A stretch of 62,531 nt of DNA, the filler included, from Aduncisulcus paluster (taxonomy: Eukaryota): the NCBI GenBank assembly GCA_024181965.1. It is 7 parts of 7 records of this genome, joined end to end, with 100 filler letters (N's around TTAATTAATTAA, not from the genome) between each part and the next. Parts side by side here need not be neighbours in the genome. Positions count along the whole stretch, not along the records: positions 10,753 to 23,785 come from BQXS01013839.1; positions 23,886 to 32,280 come from BQXS01013840.1; 5 more parts are not named here. One strand, written 5' to 3'. A program made the position numbers and the translations under genes. Below the pieces are notes generated by a model, which saw nothing but the letters and a program-made list of their open reading frames with translations, was not told where the DNA came from and did not search any database. Shown piece after piece: positions 13,070 through 23,887 of the stretch (position 1 is its first letter; each line of letters opens with the position of its first letter).

Positions 13070-13547
13070 CCGAGACGATGATATTCACGGATTATAACAT
13101 GAACTCAGCATCATGGAGAGGATCTTTATAATTCGATGTGTTGGCAAATGCTGGGAATTAGGAAACGATTTTGTATAGCATCGTCAGGAGTGGACTCACA
13201 AGGATGGCATGCAATATATGGTTCAAAGAAAAATGATTATATATTTTTATTTATATATTCTATAATATAACTTTCCAAGCTTGGCAATCCCGGATTTGTG
13301 TATTTTGGTCGTCAGCTTTTCCTGTTTTGGAAGAACTCCGAAATTTACTGTATGTTGTTTATTTCATTTAATACGTAATAAGACATGTTTTAATTGTTGT
13401 TGTTCAATTATACTCACTATATTGTGTTGTGTGGATATTTCTTGTTCTTGTTCGTTATTGTTCGTTATTGTTCGTTATTATTCGTTATTGTTCGTTATTG
13501 TTCGTTATTGTTATCATTTTTTCAGATAATATTCTATCTCTATCCAA
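13070..13547 (+). repeat. Upstream non-coding region shared with the paralogous locus at ~46157-46579
   Basis: Collinear blocks TTAGGAAACGATTTTG, GTCAGGAGTGGA, ACAAGGATGGCATG and TACTCACTATATTGTG occur at both loci. Confidence 0.85.
13451..13510 (+). repeat. Tandem repeat (TTCGTTATTG)x6
   Basis: Six 10-bp units, one with G>A, ending ~37 bp before ATG 13548. Confidence 0.95.
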
Positions 13548-14666
13548 ATGATTTCATCCACTGGTGTAATTCAAACTATAAATGTGGATCCAGTGTTTAT
13601 TCATAAAGGAAGTAGTTGGTGTTGTCCAATTCCTGGAGATGCCCCCAATATTAAGATTCCAGAGTTTCCAACAATCAAAGCAATCGATGGAACCAAGGAA
13701 GAAGGCGATGAAAAGTACGATCAGAGTTCTGAAGCACAAGAGATGATAAAAGGAGAGCATAATAGCGGACATTTTACCCATATCTCCATTCCTTTCTCTT
13801 CATCATCATCCCCAATGAAAGGTGCTTATATCTGTCTATCAGGATATTCTTCACCTCCATCGCATCTCCTCTTCACTTTCACATCGTCAAAAGGAGAGAA
13901 GATATCCAAGAGATACGATTTTCCTGAATTTTATAGATTGCATTGGTATTTCCTTCCTGTTGATCTCTCTGATGTTGATCTGTGTGAGATTACAGGGAAA
14001 GGAAGACAGAAAGAGAAAAGATATTTTGATATCAAATCTATTGTTTTCATTGACAGAGAAGAACTTTTTGATGAAACAATATTTCGTGAATCCAAAGAGA
14101 AACTATGGTGTGAAACTCCAGTCGTGAAACCAGAGTTTGTAAAGAAAGGAGATTATAAATCAAAACCTAGAGATTCTATTCCCATTCCCATTCCACGAGA
14201 TGATCCAAAACTTGTAGATCCTCTATTCTTAATGGTTAAGTGCAAGAATGATGCTTATGGAAATGATTCTGAACATTATGATCAGAGTTCAAATGCACAA
14301 AGAATGTTAAAGGGGGAAGGTGACGTTGCCTTATCTCATCTTTCCATCCCTTTCCCATCACCTTGTCCAATGAAAGGTGCTTATATCTGTGTGGATAAAG
14401 ATTTGGGTTCACCCTCTCTTCTCTTCACTTTCACTGATTGTGATGGTAAGAAAACGTTCAAGAAGTATGAATTCGCCAGATCTGAACATGAATATGAATG
14501 CCTCTTCCTTCCCATTGATTTGGCTAACGTTGTATTATGTGAGGTTGAAGGGAAAGGAATGTGGTATTATGAGAATAGTCGATTTTTCTTCATCTACTCC
14601 CTTGTTTTTACTCTGTCAGAAGAAATCATTAGATCTGAAAGATTATCTTCTCTACCTTGGAAATAA
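13548..14666 (+). CDS. Expanded-family protein, subfamily A: two tandem ~170-aa beta-rich domains
   Basis: Internal duplication PIP..YDQSS.AQ.M.KGE..H.SIPF..PMKGAYIC..LLFTFT..G.K..K.Y.F..FLP.DL..V.LCE..GKG; ends ERLSSLPWK. Confidence 0.85.
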   Translation: MISSTGVIQTINVDPVFIHKGSSWCCPIPGDAPNIKIPEFPTIKAIDGTKEEGDEKYDQSSEAQEMIKGEHNSGHFTHISIPFSSSSSPMKGAYICLSGYSSPPSHLLFTFTSSKGEKISKRYDFPEFYRLHWYFLPVDLSDVDLCEITGKGRQKEKRYFDIKSIVFIDREELFDETIFRESKEKLWCETPVVKPEFVKKGDYKSKPRDSIPIPIPRDDPKLVDPLFLMVKCKNDAYGNDSEHYDQSSNAQRMLKGEGDVALSHLSIPFPSPCPMKGAYICVDKDLGSPSLLFTFTDCDGKKTFKKYEFARSEHEYECLFLPIDLANVVLCEVEGKGMWYYENSRFFFIYSLVFTLSEEIIRSERLSSLPWK

Positions 14667-15047
14667 TCCAAGAGTGCTAATATCACTCATGTGGTATTGT
14701 TTTTTACGCATGTATTGCGTGAGATTGAATGGAATGGAATCCGTGTCATGGATGGATAAGCAATAAGTCGTAGCCTCTACAGCTCCTCTCTTGGTTTTAC
14801 AAGGATGGGCAATGAGAGTGAAATAATCGAACATTTATTTCTTCATCAATGATTAATCATTAATGACCCATTTAAAAGTAAAACAACAACATTATGTCCA
14901 TCTTCCAGGTAGTTCAATACAGTAACACGACGGTATCAAGGCTTCCGGTGGTGGTTGAACATCCAGCTGATTCTCATTAACTCGTAAACTATATCCAGTA
15001 GATATCTACAAGTCTACTTCTGAGAGTTTGTAAGATTATTCATATTC

Positions 15048-16888
15048 CTACCATTGTTCTGTTTCTTCCTCCTCTTTGTATTTACAATTGTCAACGTATC
15101 TTTGATAATCGTGATCAAAAATAGTACAATACTCTTTTTCTCCTTCTTTTTCTCCTTCTTTTTCTCCTTTCTCTTCCTCATCAATTTCTTTTTCTGTTTC
15201 ATCCTTGGGTCCAACTTTTATGAAATCAAGAAATTCGTCATCAGCTTCAATTAGCTTTAATCTCAATAAATCCTCAACCCTTCCATTCTCATTGCACCAT
15301 TTCATGGCCTCAACATATTTGGGATATATGTGAGGAACAATAGATGGAACAGTGGAGAGCATGGAAATGAGTCTACACCAAATAGGAATTCCATATCCTG
15401 CTCTCTTGGATTTCATAGCTTTAAACCAACCTTCGAGAAGATCCTTGATGTTATCAAAGATTTGAAGCGCATGTGATGGATCACAACAGAGGTTGGAAAA
15501 AAAGAACAAAAGAAAAACAATATCATGATAATTATTATGTTCATCCCCAAGAGCAACAATATTATCCCCAACAAACTCTCTCTTAACAACATCAAGAACA
15601 GGGTGGAAGAGAGGCCAAGCTTCAGAACAGAGGGATTTGTTGGGAGATTTGTTATCACTTAAAAGGGTGAGGTGATATCATAACCATCCATTGTTTATAA
15701 CACATACTATCATTGTATATCCTCAACCAATCTCTGATATATGGTTTGATGAGGGTGAAAATAGAGGATCGAGTGGAAGAAGAGGGAGAAAGGGAGATGT
15801 TTCTGAGAGTTTTTAATAAAGTTGAAGCAACATAACCTCCCAACTTCTCCTTACTTCCTCTCTCAAGAATACGTTGGAAAGTGGAGGAGATCGTTGGAAG
15901 GAAGGAATCCCTTTTGTCTTCAACTTTGAAATAATAACTAACACAAATCCTACAATACTCTCCATCAACATCTCCTTCCAACAATTCCTCACATCTTGAT
16001 AGATGACCAATGAAAGTATCAATGAGATCACTCAGATCAGGAATAGGGAGAAAGATATTATTTCCAGAAATAACATGTTTAACAAACCAACTTAAACACT
16101 GAGCACAAAGAACAATATCTCTCTTGTGCTCTTCAATCTCACTCTTTGATTGGAATGCAAGGAATACAGAAAGAATAGCATCTCGATGTTCATGGTAGAG
16201 TTTGAATTTGGATTCTGAATCAGGGGATTTCTTAACTTTCCAAACTAAACCATCCAAATCAAGACCATCGATAATCCTCGTCAACACAGAAGATATTTGA
16301 GGGCTCAGTTTTGTTTGAAAAGATTCGACTTTCTGTTCTGCGATTGAAACAATTCGAACCAATGACTTTGTAATTGAATTCATGACACAATTCTCACCAG
16401 ATCCTTCAGCAGCATCCATCTTGCACAATTCAGCTTCAACTCGGATCATTGGAGTCAAAAATGTCTCAATCAATTCCTTGAGAGAGGATTCATCAAGTGT
16501 CAATATAGAACGATCACTATCATCATCACCAAAGCCAGAAGATGAACTAGCACATTCATGCTGAACAAATAAGGATAAACATTCGAAACAGAGAGTGAAT
16601 AGAGTTCTATCAGATGCAAGAGAAGACGATGAATCTCCAATGGGGTTTGAGAAGAACCGTTTTTTGTTCCAATCCTCAAAAGTATTCATAAGACGAGGAG
16701 AAGATGACTTGAAAAGTGATCTGACAGAAGCTTGAGATGAAGTGAGTTGAATATCTCGAACTAATGCTTGGAGGTCAGGAATGGAATATGGTTTCATGAT
16801 TTGGGGTGACTGGGGAAGTTTCTTGTCTTTTTTCTTGTCTTTTTTCTTGTCTTTCTTCCTCAAATCTTCTTCTGATTTAAAGGTTGCT
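15048..16888 (-). CDS. Helical (ARM/HEAT-like) repeat family protein, second copy or allele; frameshift at ~15670
   Basis: Near-identical to 16909-19443 but one repeat unit shorter and with a (KKDK)n insertion; continues in ORF 15048-15509. Confidence 0.7.
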
Positions 16889-16908
16889 NNNNNNNNNNNN
16901 NNNNNNNN

Positions 16909-19443
16909 CTTTAAACCAACCTTCGAGAAGATCCTTGATGTTATCAAAGATTTGAAGCGCATGTGATGGATCACAACAGAGGTTGGAAAAAAAGAACAAA
17001 AGAAAAACAATATCATGATAATTATTATGTTCATCCCCAAGAGCAACAATATTATCCCCAACAAACTCTCTCTTAACAACATCAAGAACAGGGTGGAAGA
17101 GAGGCCAAGCTTCAGAACAGAGGGATTTGTTGGGAGATTTGTTATCACTTAAAAGGGTGATATCATAACCATCCATTGTTTATAACACATACTATCATTG
17201 TATATCCTCAACCAATCTCTGATATATGGTTTGATGAGGGTGAAAATAGAGGATCGAGTGGAAGAAGAGGGAGAAAGGGAGATGTTTCTGAGAGTTTTTA
17301 ATAAAGTTGAAGCAACATAACCTCCCAACTTCTCCTTGCTTCCTCTCTCAAGAATACGTTGGAAAGTGGGTGAAATCTTTGGAAGGAAGGAATCCCATTT
17401 ATCTTTAACTTTGAAACTATAATCAACACAAATCCAACAATACTCTCCATCAACATCTCCATCCAACACTTCCTCACATTTTGATAGATGATCAATGAAA
17501 GTGTCAATGAGATCATTCAGATCAGGAATAGGGAGATAGATATCATTTCCAGAAATATCATGATAAACAAACCATCTTATACACTGAGCACAAAGAACAA
17601 TCTCTTTCTTGTGCTCTTCAATCTCACTCTTTGATTGGAATGCAAGGAAGACAGAAAGAATCTCATCTCGATGTTTATGGTAGAGTTTGGATTTGGATTC
17701 TGAATCAGGGGATTTCTTAATAGATTCAACTAATTCTGACCATTTCTTCAGAGGAGGATAACAATTACCAAAATAACTAGAATAAAATCCATCAAGAAAT
17801 CCATTATTCTTGCACCATTCCATGCTGGCATCATATTTAGGAGATATATAAGGAACAAGAGATGGAACAGTTGAAAACATGGAAATGAGATTGGACCAGT
17901 ATTTGATTCCCCATTTATGTTCTTTCTTCTTAATAACTGTAAACCACCCATCGAGAAGCTCTTTAACATTATCATAGACTTCAAGGGTATGTGATGGATA
18001 ACAGCATAAGTTGGAGAAGAATCGTAAAACATATTCATGACCATCCTCAACAATCATATCCCCAACAAAATCTCTCTTAACAAGATCAAGAACAGGGTGG
18101 AAGAGAGGCCAAGCTTCAGAACAAATGGATTTGTTGGGGGTTGAATTGTCACTTAAAAGGGTGATTTGTGATAGAATACACATCCATTCTCCATAACACT
18201 CACTATCATTGTATATCCTCAACCAATCTCTGATATATGGTTTGATGAGGGTGAGAATAGAGAATCGAGTGGAAGAAGAGGGAGAAAGGGAGATGTTTCT
18301 GAGAGTTTTTAATAAAGTTGAAGCAACATAACCTCCCAACTTCTCCTTGCTTCCTCTCTCAAGAATACGTTGGAAAGTGGGGGAGATCTTTGGAAGGAAG
18401 GAATCACTTTTATCGTAAACTTTGAAACTATAATCAACACAAATCCAACAATACTCTCCATCAACATCTCCATCCAACACTTCCTCACATTTTGATAGAT
18501 GATCAATGAAAGTGTCAATGAGATCATTCAGATCAGGAATAGGGAGATAGATATCATTTCCAGAAATATCATGATAAACAAACCATCTTATACACTGAGC
18601 ACAAAGAACAATCTCTTTCTTGTGCTCTTCAATCTCACTCTTTGATTGGAATGCAAGGAAGACAGAAAGAATCTCATCTCGATGTTCATGGTAGAGTTTG
18701 GATTTGGCTTCTGAATCAGGGCATTTGTAAATTTTATCTTCTAAAACATCCAAATCAAGACCATCGATAATCCTCGTCAACACAGAAGATATTTGAGAAC
18801 TCAGTTTTGTTTGAAAAGATTCGACTTTCTGTTCTGCGATTGAAACAATTCGAACCAATGACTTTGTAATTGAATTCATGACACAATTCTCACCAGATCC
18901 TTCAGCAGCATCCATCTTGCACAATTCAGCTTCAACTCGGATCATTGGAGTCAAAAATGTCTCAATCAATTCCTTGAGAGAGGATTCATCAAGTGTCAAT
19001 ATAGAACGATCACTGTCATCATCACCAAAGCCAGAAGATGAACTAGCACATTCATGCTGGACAAATAAGGATAAACATTCGAAACAGAGAGTGAATAGAG
19101 TTCTATCAGATGCAAGAGAAGACGATGAATCTCCAATGGGGTTTGAGAAGAACTGTTTGTTCCAATCCTCAAAATTATTCATAAGACGAGGAGAAGATGA
19201 CTTGAAAAGTGATCTGACAGAAGCTTGAGATGAAGTGAGTTGAATATCTCGAACTAATGCTTGGAGGTCAAGAATCGAATATGGTTTCATGATTTGGGGT
19301 GACTGAGGAGGTTTCCGTTCTTCTGATTTAAAGGTTGCTGAGCTTGTGAATTTTCCATGTTTCTTGGGAATTTGTAATCTCTTCCTCAACGATGAAGCAT
19401 AAGCAGAGGAGATGAAAAGAACTGCCTTCAACACCTTTTCCAT
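16909..19443 (-). CDS. Helical (ARM/HEAT-like) repeat family protein with 337-aa (1011-bp) units; frameshift at ~17160
   Basis: ORF 17149-19443 contains PDSE.KSKLYH.HRDEILSVFLAFQSKSEIEEHK twice, 1011 bp apart; continues in ORF 16877-17176. Confidence 0.8.
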
Positions 19444-19487
19444 ATTGAGAAATCATTTCACCCTCATGGTTTGTCTTGAACTTTGTA

Positions 19488-21060
19488 TTACCGATGAAGC
19501 ATGAGGAGAGGACGATGAGAAGATATTCTCATTTTATGATAAGGAGCAACACTTTGGCTCTGAGATGTTGCCATGGAAGAAGATGTACTGTATCCAACAT
19601 CTGATTTATGGTAAGGTGCTTTTTCTTCTTCTTTTCTTGAAGAACTCGTACCGATAGATAATGGTTGTCCATCAAATCCACTTCCATATGATGCTTCATC
19701 AACAATGCATCCAGAATCACCTTTATGCTTGGCAAGCTGAGCCTTCACAATATCGTCAATGGATGGACATTCCCACCCTTCTCCAATCTTTGGAAGAAGA
19801 GGTTTGATGAATTGAACTTTCTTACAGGCTTCATGAACACTCATACGTTTCCCAACATTTAGATTTGTCAATCCTTCGAATACTGCATTCAGACAGGTAT
19901 GAACAGGTTCAAACTCACCACCTTTAATCATTAAAATTGAATCAAAAAGAGGAGAGCTGGAGAGTTTTGGACCAATTCCCTTAGATAGCAGTTCGAGGAG
20001 TTTTCCAACAAATTCCGTTGAAGAAATAGGATTTAGCAAAACGCATGTTGTAGAATGGATTGCAACACTGAAACAAAGCAAGATGGTATGCCGAGGGAAT
20101 AAGCATCGCTTTTTGAGAGTGCATGCCTTGAAGAGCTTCAAAGAATCATACGCATAAGTCCCGCATAAAATATGGCCGGTTGACATTTTTGAACTTATCT
20201 GAGATGCACTCGAGGAAGAAGAATCCAAAGAAAGATATTCAAGAGAGTATTGAGAAGATTCGATTGTTTTGATAATAGATCTTTTGATTTGAGCGAGCCC
20301 ATGATCAGAAAGAACCACAGAGCATTCACTATTTTTAGAATCAGCCTTAATAAGAAAATTCTCAGGTTTGATATCTCGATGAACGAACCCTGGATTAGCT
20401 TTAAATACATCATCAGACACTCAATGATCTCAACACAGAGAGCACTCACTTTAAGAGGGTCAAGAGTCATGGGATCAAAATGATGAGAAAATGAATCAAG
20501 ATCTGACATTGAGTCTTCTTCAGAATACTCGCCACTGGAACCTTCAGAATCTTCTTCTTCCTCTTTCTCTCCAATTCCACTCCTCTTCAAACTTTTTGAG
20601 GAAGATGTATCTTTTAGACGACACCAACTCCTGGCAAACTCTTTCACATTACCTCCAGCACAAAACTCCATGACGAATCAAAATCACCCTTATATTCCTT
20701 ATTAAGAAGATCAAGAATAAATTTGGACATGGGATACGATTCTTACAGCGTTTGTATAATTTACGTTGTATTTTGAACTCTTTTTGAACTTTCGAACAAG
20801 ATCTGAATTGTCAACATGAATCATCTTCTTCAGAACGCATGGAGAATCAATACCCTCAATACCAACATGGACAAGCAACAACTCTCCAAATCCACCCCTG
20901 TCAATGATGCACAAAGGATTGATAGAATCGGCAGATGTCAATGATATACCATCAGATTTGGATACATGCTCGGATGTGTGTGATCGTGGTTGTTTAGAAG
21001 AGGAAGAATTATGAAGAGGTTCAGAAGATGACGGGTGATGAAGAGGAGCATTGATTGAAG
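19488..21060 (-). pseudogene. Ser/Thr protein kinase, multiply frameshifted
   Basis: IDRGGFGEL, CVLKK, MEFCAGG, VHRDIKPENFL, SDHGLA and LCGTYAY are spread over three ORFs (20711-20941, 20195-20671, 19488-20420); no in-frame upstream ATG found. Confidence 0.85.
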
Positions 21061-22175
21061 GAAAAACAGGAAGACATACTGATCTGACAAATAAACTCGA
21101 ACTATCCTAATCTGTGTATGTATTTATGGATATGTGATTGAAAATCTGGTTCAGAAACTCTTTTATCCATATCCTGAGCAATTAAGTTTCTTTTTCATGC
21201 CCACCCGCTGGAATGTCATGAGTCGATGCGCTTGATGCCGTATATCCTGGATCATCATGATCATCTCGTTTGTCATGATCGCTTTGAGTTGATGACCTCG
21301 AAAGTTCTTCCTTTTCCTCTTTGTCGTGTTCCATTTGTAAAGTATTAATCCGTATTTATATGTTCTTGGCATGTATTGTCGGAAATGGTATATTTTTAAC
21401 GAGACAGTGATGAAAATTAGTCATTTGGACGAACTAAATTAAATAGAAAATAGACCCCGGCATAATGGGTATTAATAACGTACAATATGGAGATTTTGGA
21501 GATATAAAATTTCAGAGTGTTGTCCAAATGGCGTCAGTTGAGAGTTTGGCAAACCTTACTCCTTAAATATGTTTTAAATGTATTATTGATAATATTTATG
21601 AAATACAATATCCAAATAATGTCATGATAATGCTATAAAATTGGATTCAGATAGTAACTAGATGAGTGTTATCATAAATTTGCTGTAATTCGTTATTGCA
21701 CAACACTGGTGAAATATAAATGAGAACAGGTTACATTCTGCTTTATAAATATATTTATTGCTACATGTCAAGGAAGATAATTGTAATGCAAGAGTTGGCA
21801 TTTTAAGTCTTGTTTTGCCCAGGGGAAATAGGAAATGAATTCTTTTATTGATCTAAAAAATGAACTTAAATTATATACGTATCATTAAAACAAGTGGAAT
21901 ATATCCTCAATGATGCTCATTTTCAGACATGGTGCGATAGTTTTGTGATTTGAGCCTATTTTCATGGCATGCAAAGTTTCAATTCAGTAGAAGCCTTATA
22001 TAATCACAATATCATAGATCAAGCCATTACTCGCGATAAACAACCAGAATTTTCGAATAATTCAGTGTCCTGTCTTTCTGGGAGTATAATACAATGCATT
22101 AATGCAAGAGATATTCCTTGTTTTCACATTCATGATTGTTTTTGTTAGAATATATGAAAATCAAGTTTATTTTCA

Positions 22176-22427
22176 TTGCATCCACAACTATCTTCTTCTT
22201 TACTGATGTGGTGTAAGAAAACGTTCAAGAAGTATGAATTCACAAGACCTAAACATGGAATTGAATATCATTTCCTTCCTATTGGTTTGGATAATGTCGT
22301 TTTGTGTGAGATTGAAGGGAAAGGAAAGTGGATAGATAAGAATCACCTCTGTGAAAATAACTTAAACCAACAGAAATTTTATTTGTATAGTATAGAGATT
22401 TGGAGAATTTTTCATTGTTGGAGGTAA
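22176..22427 (+). pseudogene. Fragment of a subfamily A domain
   Basis: KKTFKKYEFTRPKHGIEYHFLPIGLDNVVLCEIEGKGKW matches the second domain of 13548-14666. Confidence 0.85.
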
Positions 22428-23634
22428 AAGTGTGTTTTTTGAACATGCAGATCGCCAAGTCTGCATTCTTCAACTGAAGCGACATTAGCGATGGCTTGAC
22501 CAGCTATTCTACGACGATCAGCTTTAATATAAATACGTGTCCATCTTTAAGAGCAACTATTTCAAGTCCTGAACATCTGTCGTTTCAAGAATAGAGCATT
22601 TTCTATTCGATCAGAAGCTGAACTAATAGCCGATGAAGCTCTTTCTTCAGCTTTATCAATTGTCATAATAAATCTTTCAATAACAACTGTTGTTTATCTT
22701 TTTCTTTTCCATAAGAATCAAGACGTTTCATTAAAAGTATCATTTTGTTTTTTGTTTTTTCTAATTCAGCTGTTCGCTCTCTTAATTCTAAATTGTCGGA
22801 AGTTATTTTTCCATTTATATAATCAGCCTTTTCCGTCTGCTTGAGCAAAGCTCTTGGGTTCTAAAAGTTCATTTTTATATTTTTGAATGTAGATTTCAAG
22901 TAGTTTAACCCTATCCTAATCAGTCTCGGAAGCCTCTTTTTGCGCTTGTTGAAGTTGTTGCCAACAACAGCTGAAACTAATATTTTGTTTTGTACCACAC
23001 ATTTTTCGAGTTTAACGGCCAACTTTTTGACAAGAGACTCCGATTAAGACATATTTGTATCAATGTAGAGCAAGAAAAAACAATAGCGAAATTCCTAGAT
23101 CTCCCTTCATATGTCAATAACAATGACTTTTCATAGGAAGATTATTTCACAATATTAATAATTATTGCCTGATTCAATTATGATACTTATTCTAATTGCT
23201 ATAATGAAGACAATATTCCTTGGAATTTTTTTATCAAGTTTTTCTCAATGATTCTGGCCAATTTTGAAAATTCATTCCTCTTTATATTGGATATAATTAC
23301 TATTTTAAACTAATTTTTTCGCATAAAAATTTCAGAATACTAAACAGAAAGATGATCATCAACATTCTGCTTTGAAGGTAGAAATCTGCCATGTAAAATA
23401 GCCAATAAGAAAATATAAAACGCTATAATTCTTTAGAATTGTGAACAATTATGATAGAATCCGGAATATCTTCGAACATTTCAAAGTGGTAAAAAAAAAC
23501 TTTCACTTTTGCTTACCTAGTTGTTAAGAACGTATGTTTTCCAAATCCTCTTGCACAATATATCTTTACTTTTCATGATTTTTATTATGGTGTTTTAACT
23601 GTCTCTCTCTCTCTAAACATTCAGAAATTATTAA

Positions 23635-23785
23635 ATGGCTGAAGATTACCCAACCCCTGTTAGCTCTGTTGTCCTCCTTTCCTGGGCCGATAAGATTGCT
23701 GCTGCTATGCCCTCTTTCCGTGCTCTTGCCACTGTCAAGGAGTTCTGTGAGTTCCTCCAAGCTGATGGCTCCATTGGTGTTACCC
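23635..23785 (+). CDS. N-terminus of an unidentified, probably highly expressed protein (3'-partial)
   Basis: ATG after an AT-rich leader; strong codon bias (GCT, GTC, AAG, TTC); MAEDYPTPVSSVVLLSWADKIAAAMPSFRALATVKEFCEFLQ. Confidence 0.65.
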
Positions 23786-23885
23786 NNNNNNNNNNNNNNN
23801 NNNNNNNNNNNNNNNNNNNNNNNNNNNNNTTAATTAATTAANNNNNNNNNNNNNNNNNNNNNNNNNNNNNNNNNNNNNNNNNNNN
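23786..23885. other. Artificial scaffold linker
   Basis: N44-TTAATTAATTAA-N44. Confidence 0.98.
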
Positions 23886-23887
23886 AC

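Noticed and set aside
13451..13510. Short repeats as a CRISPR-like array (also KVEEME and GKEYA repeats)
   Set aside because: No unique spacers; simple minisatellites in a eukaryotic genome
21163..21372. Short basic ORF vaguely like a transposase HTH
   Set aside because: No DDE domain, TIR or TSD; similarity too weak
22430..23050. Degenerate coiled-coil-like minus-strand frames
   Set aside because: Many stops and no recognisable family
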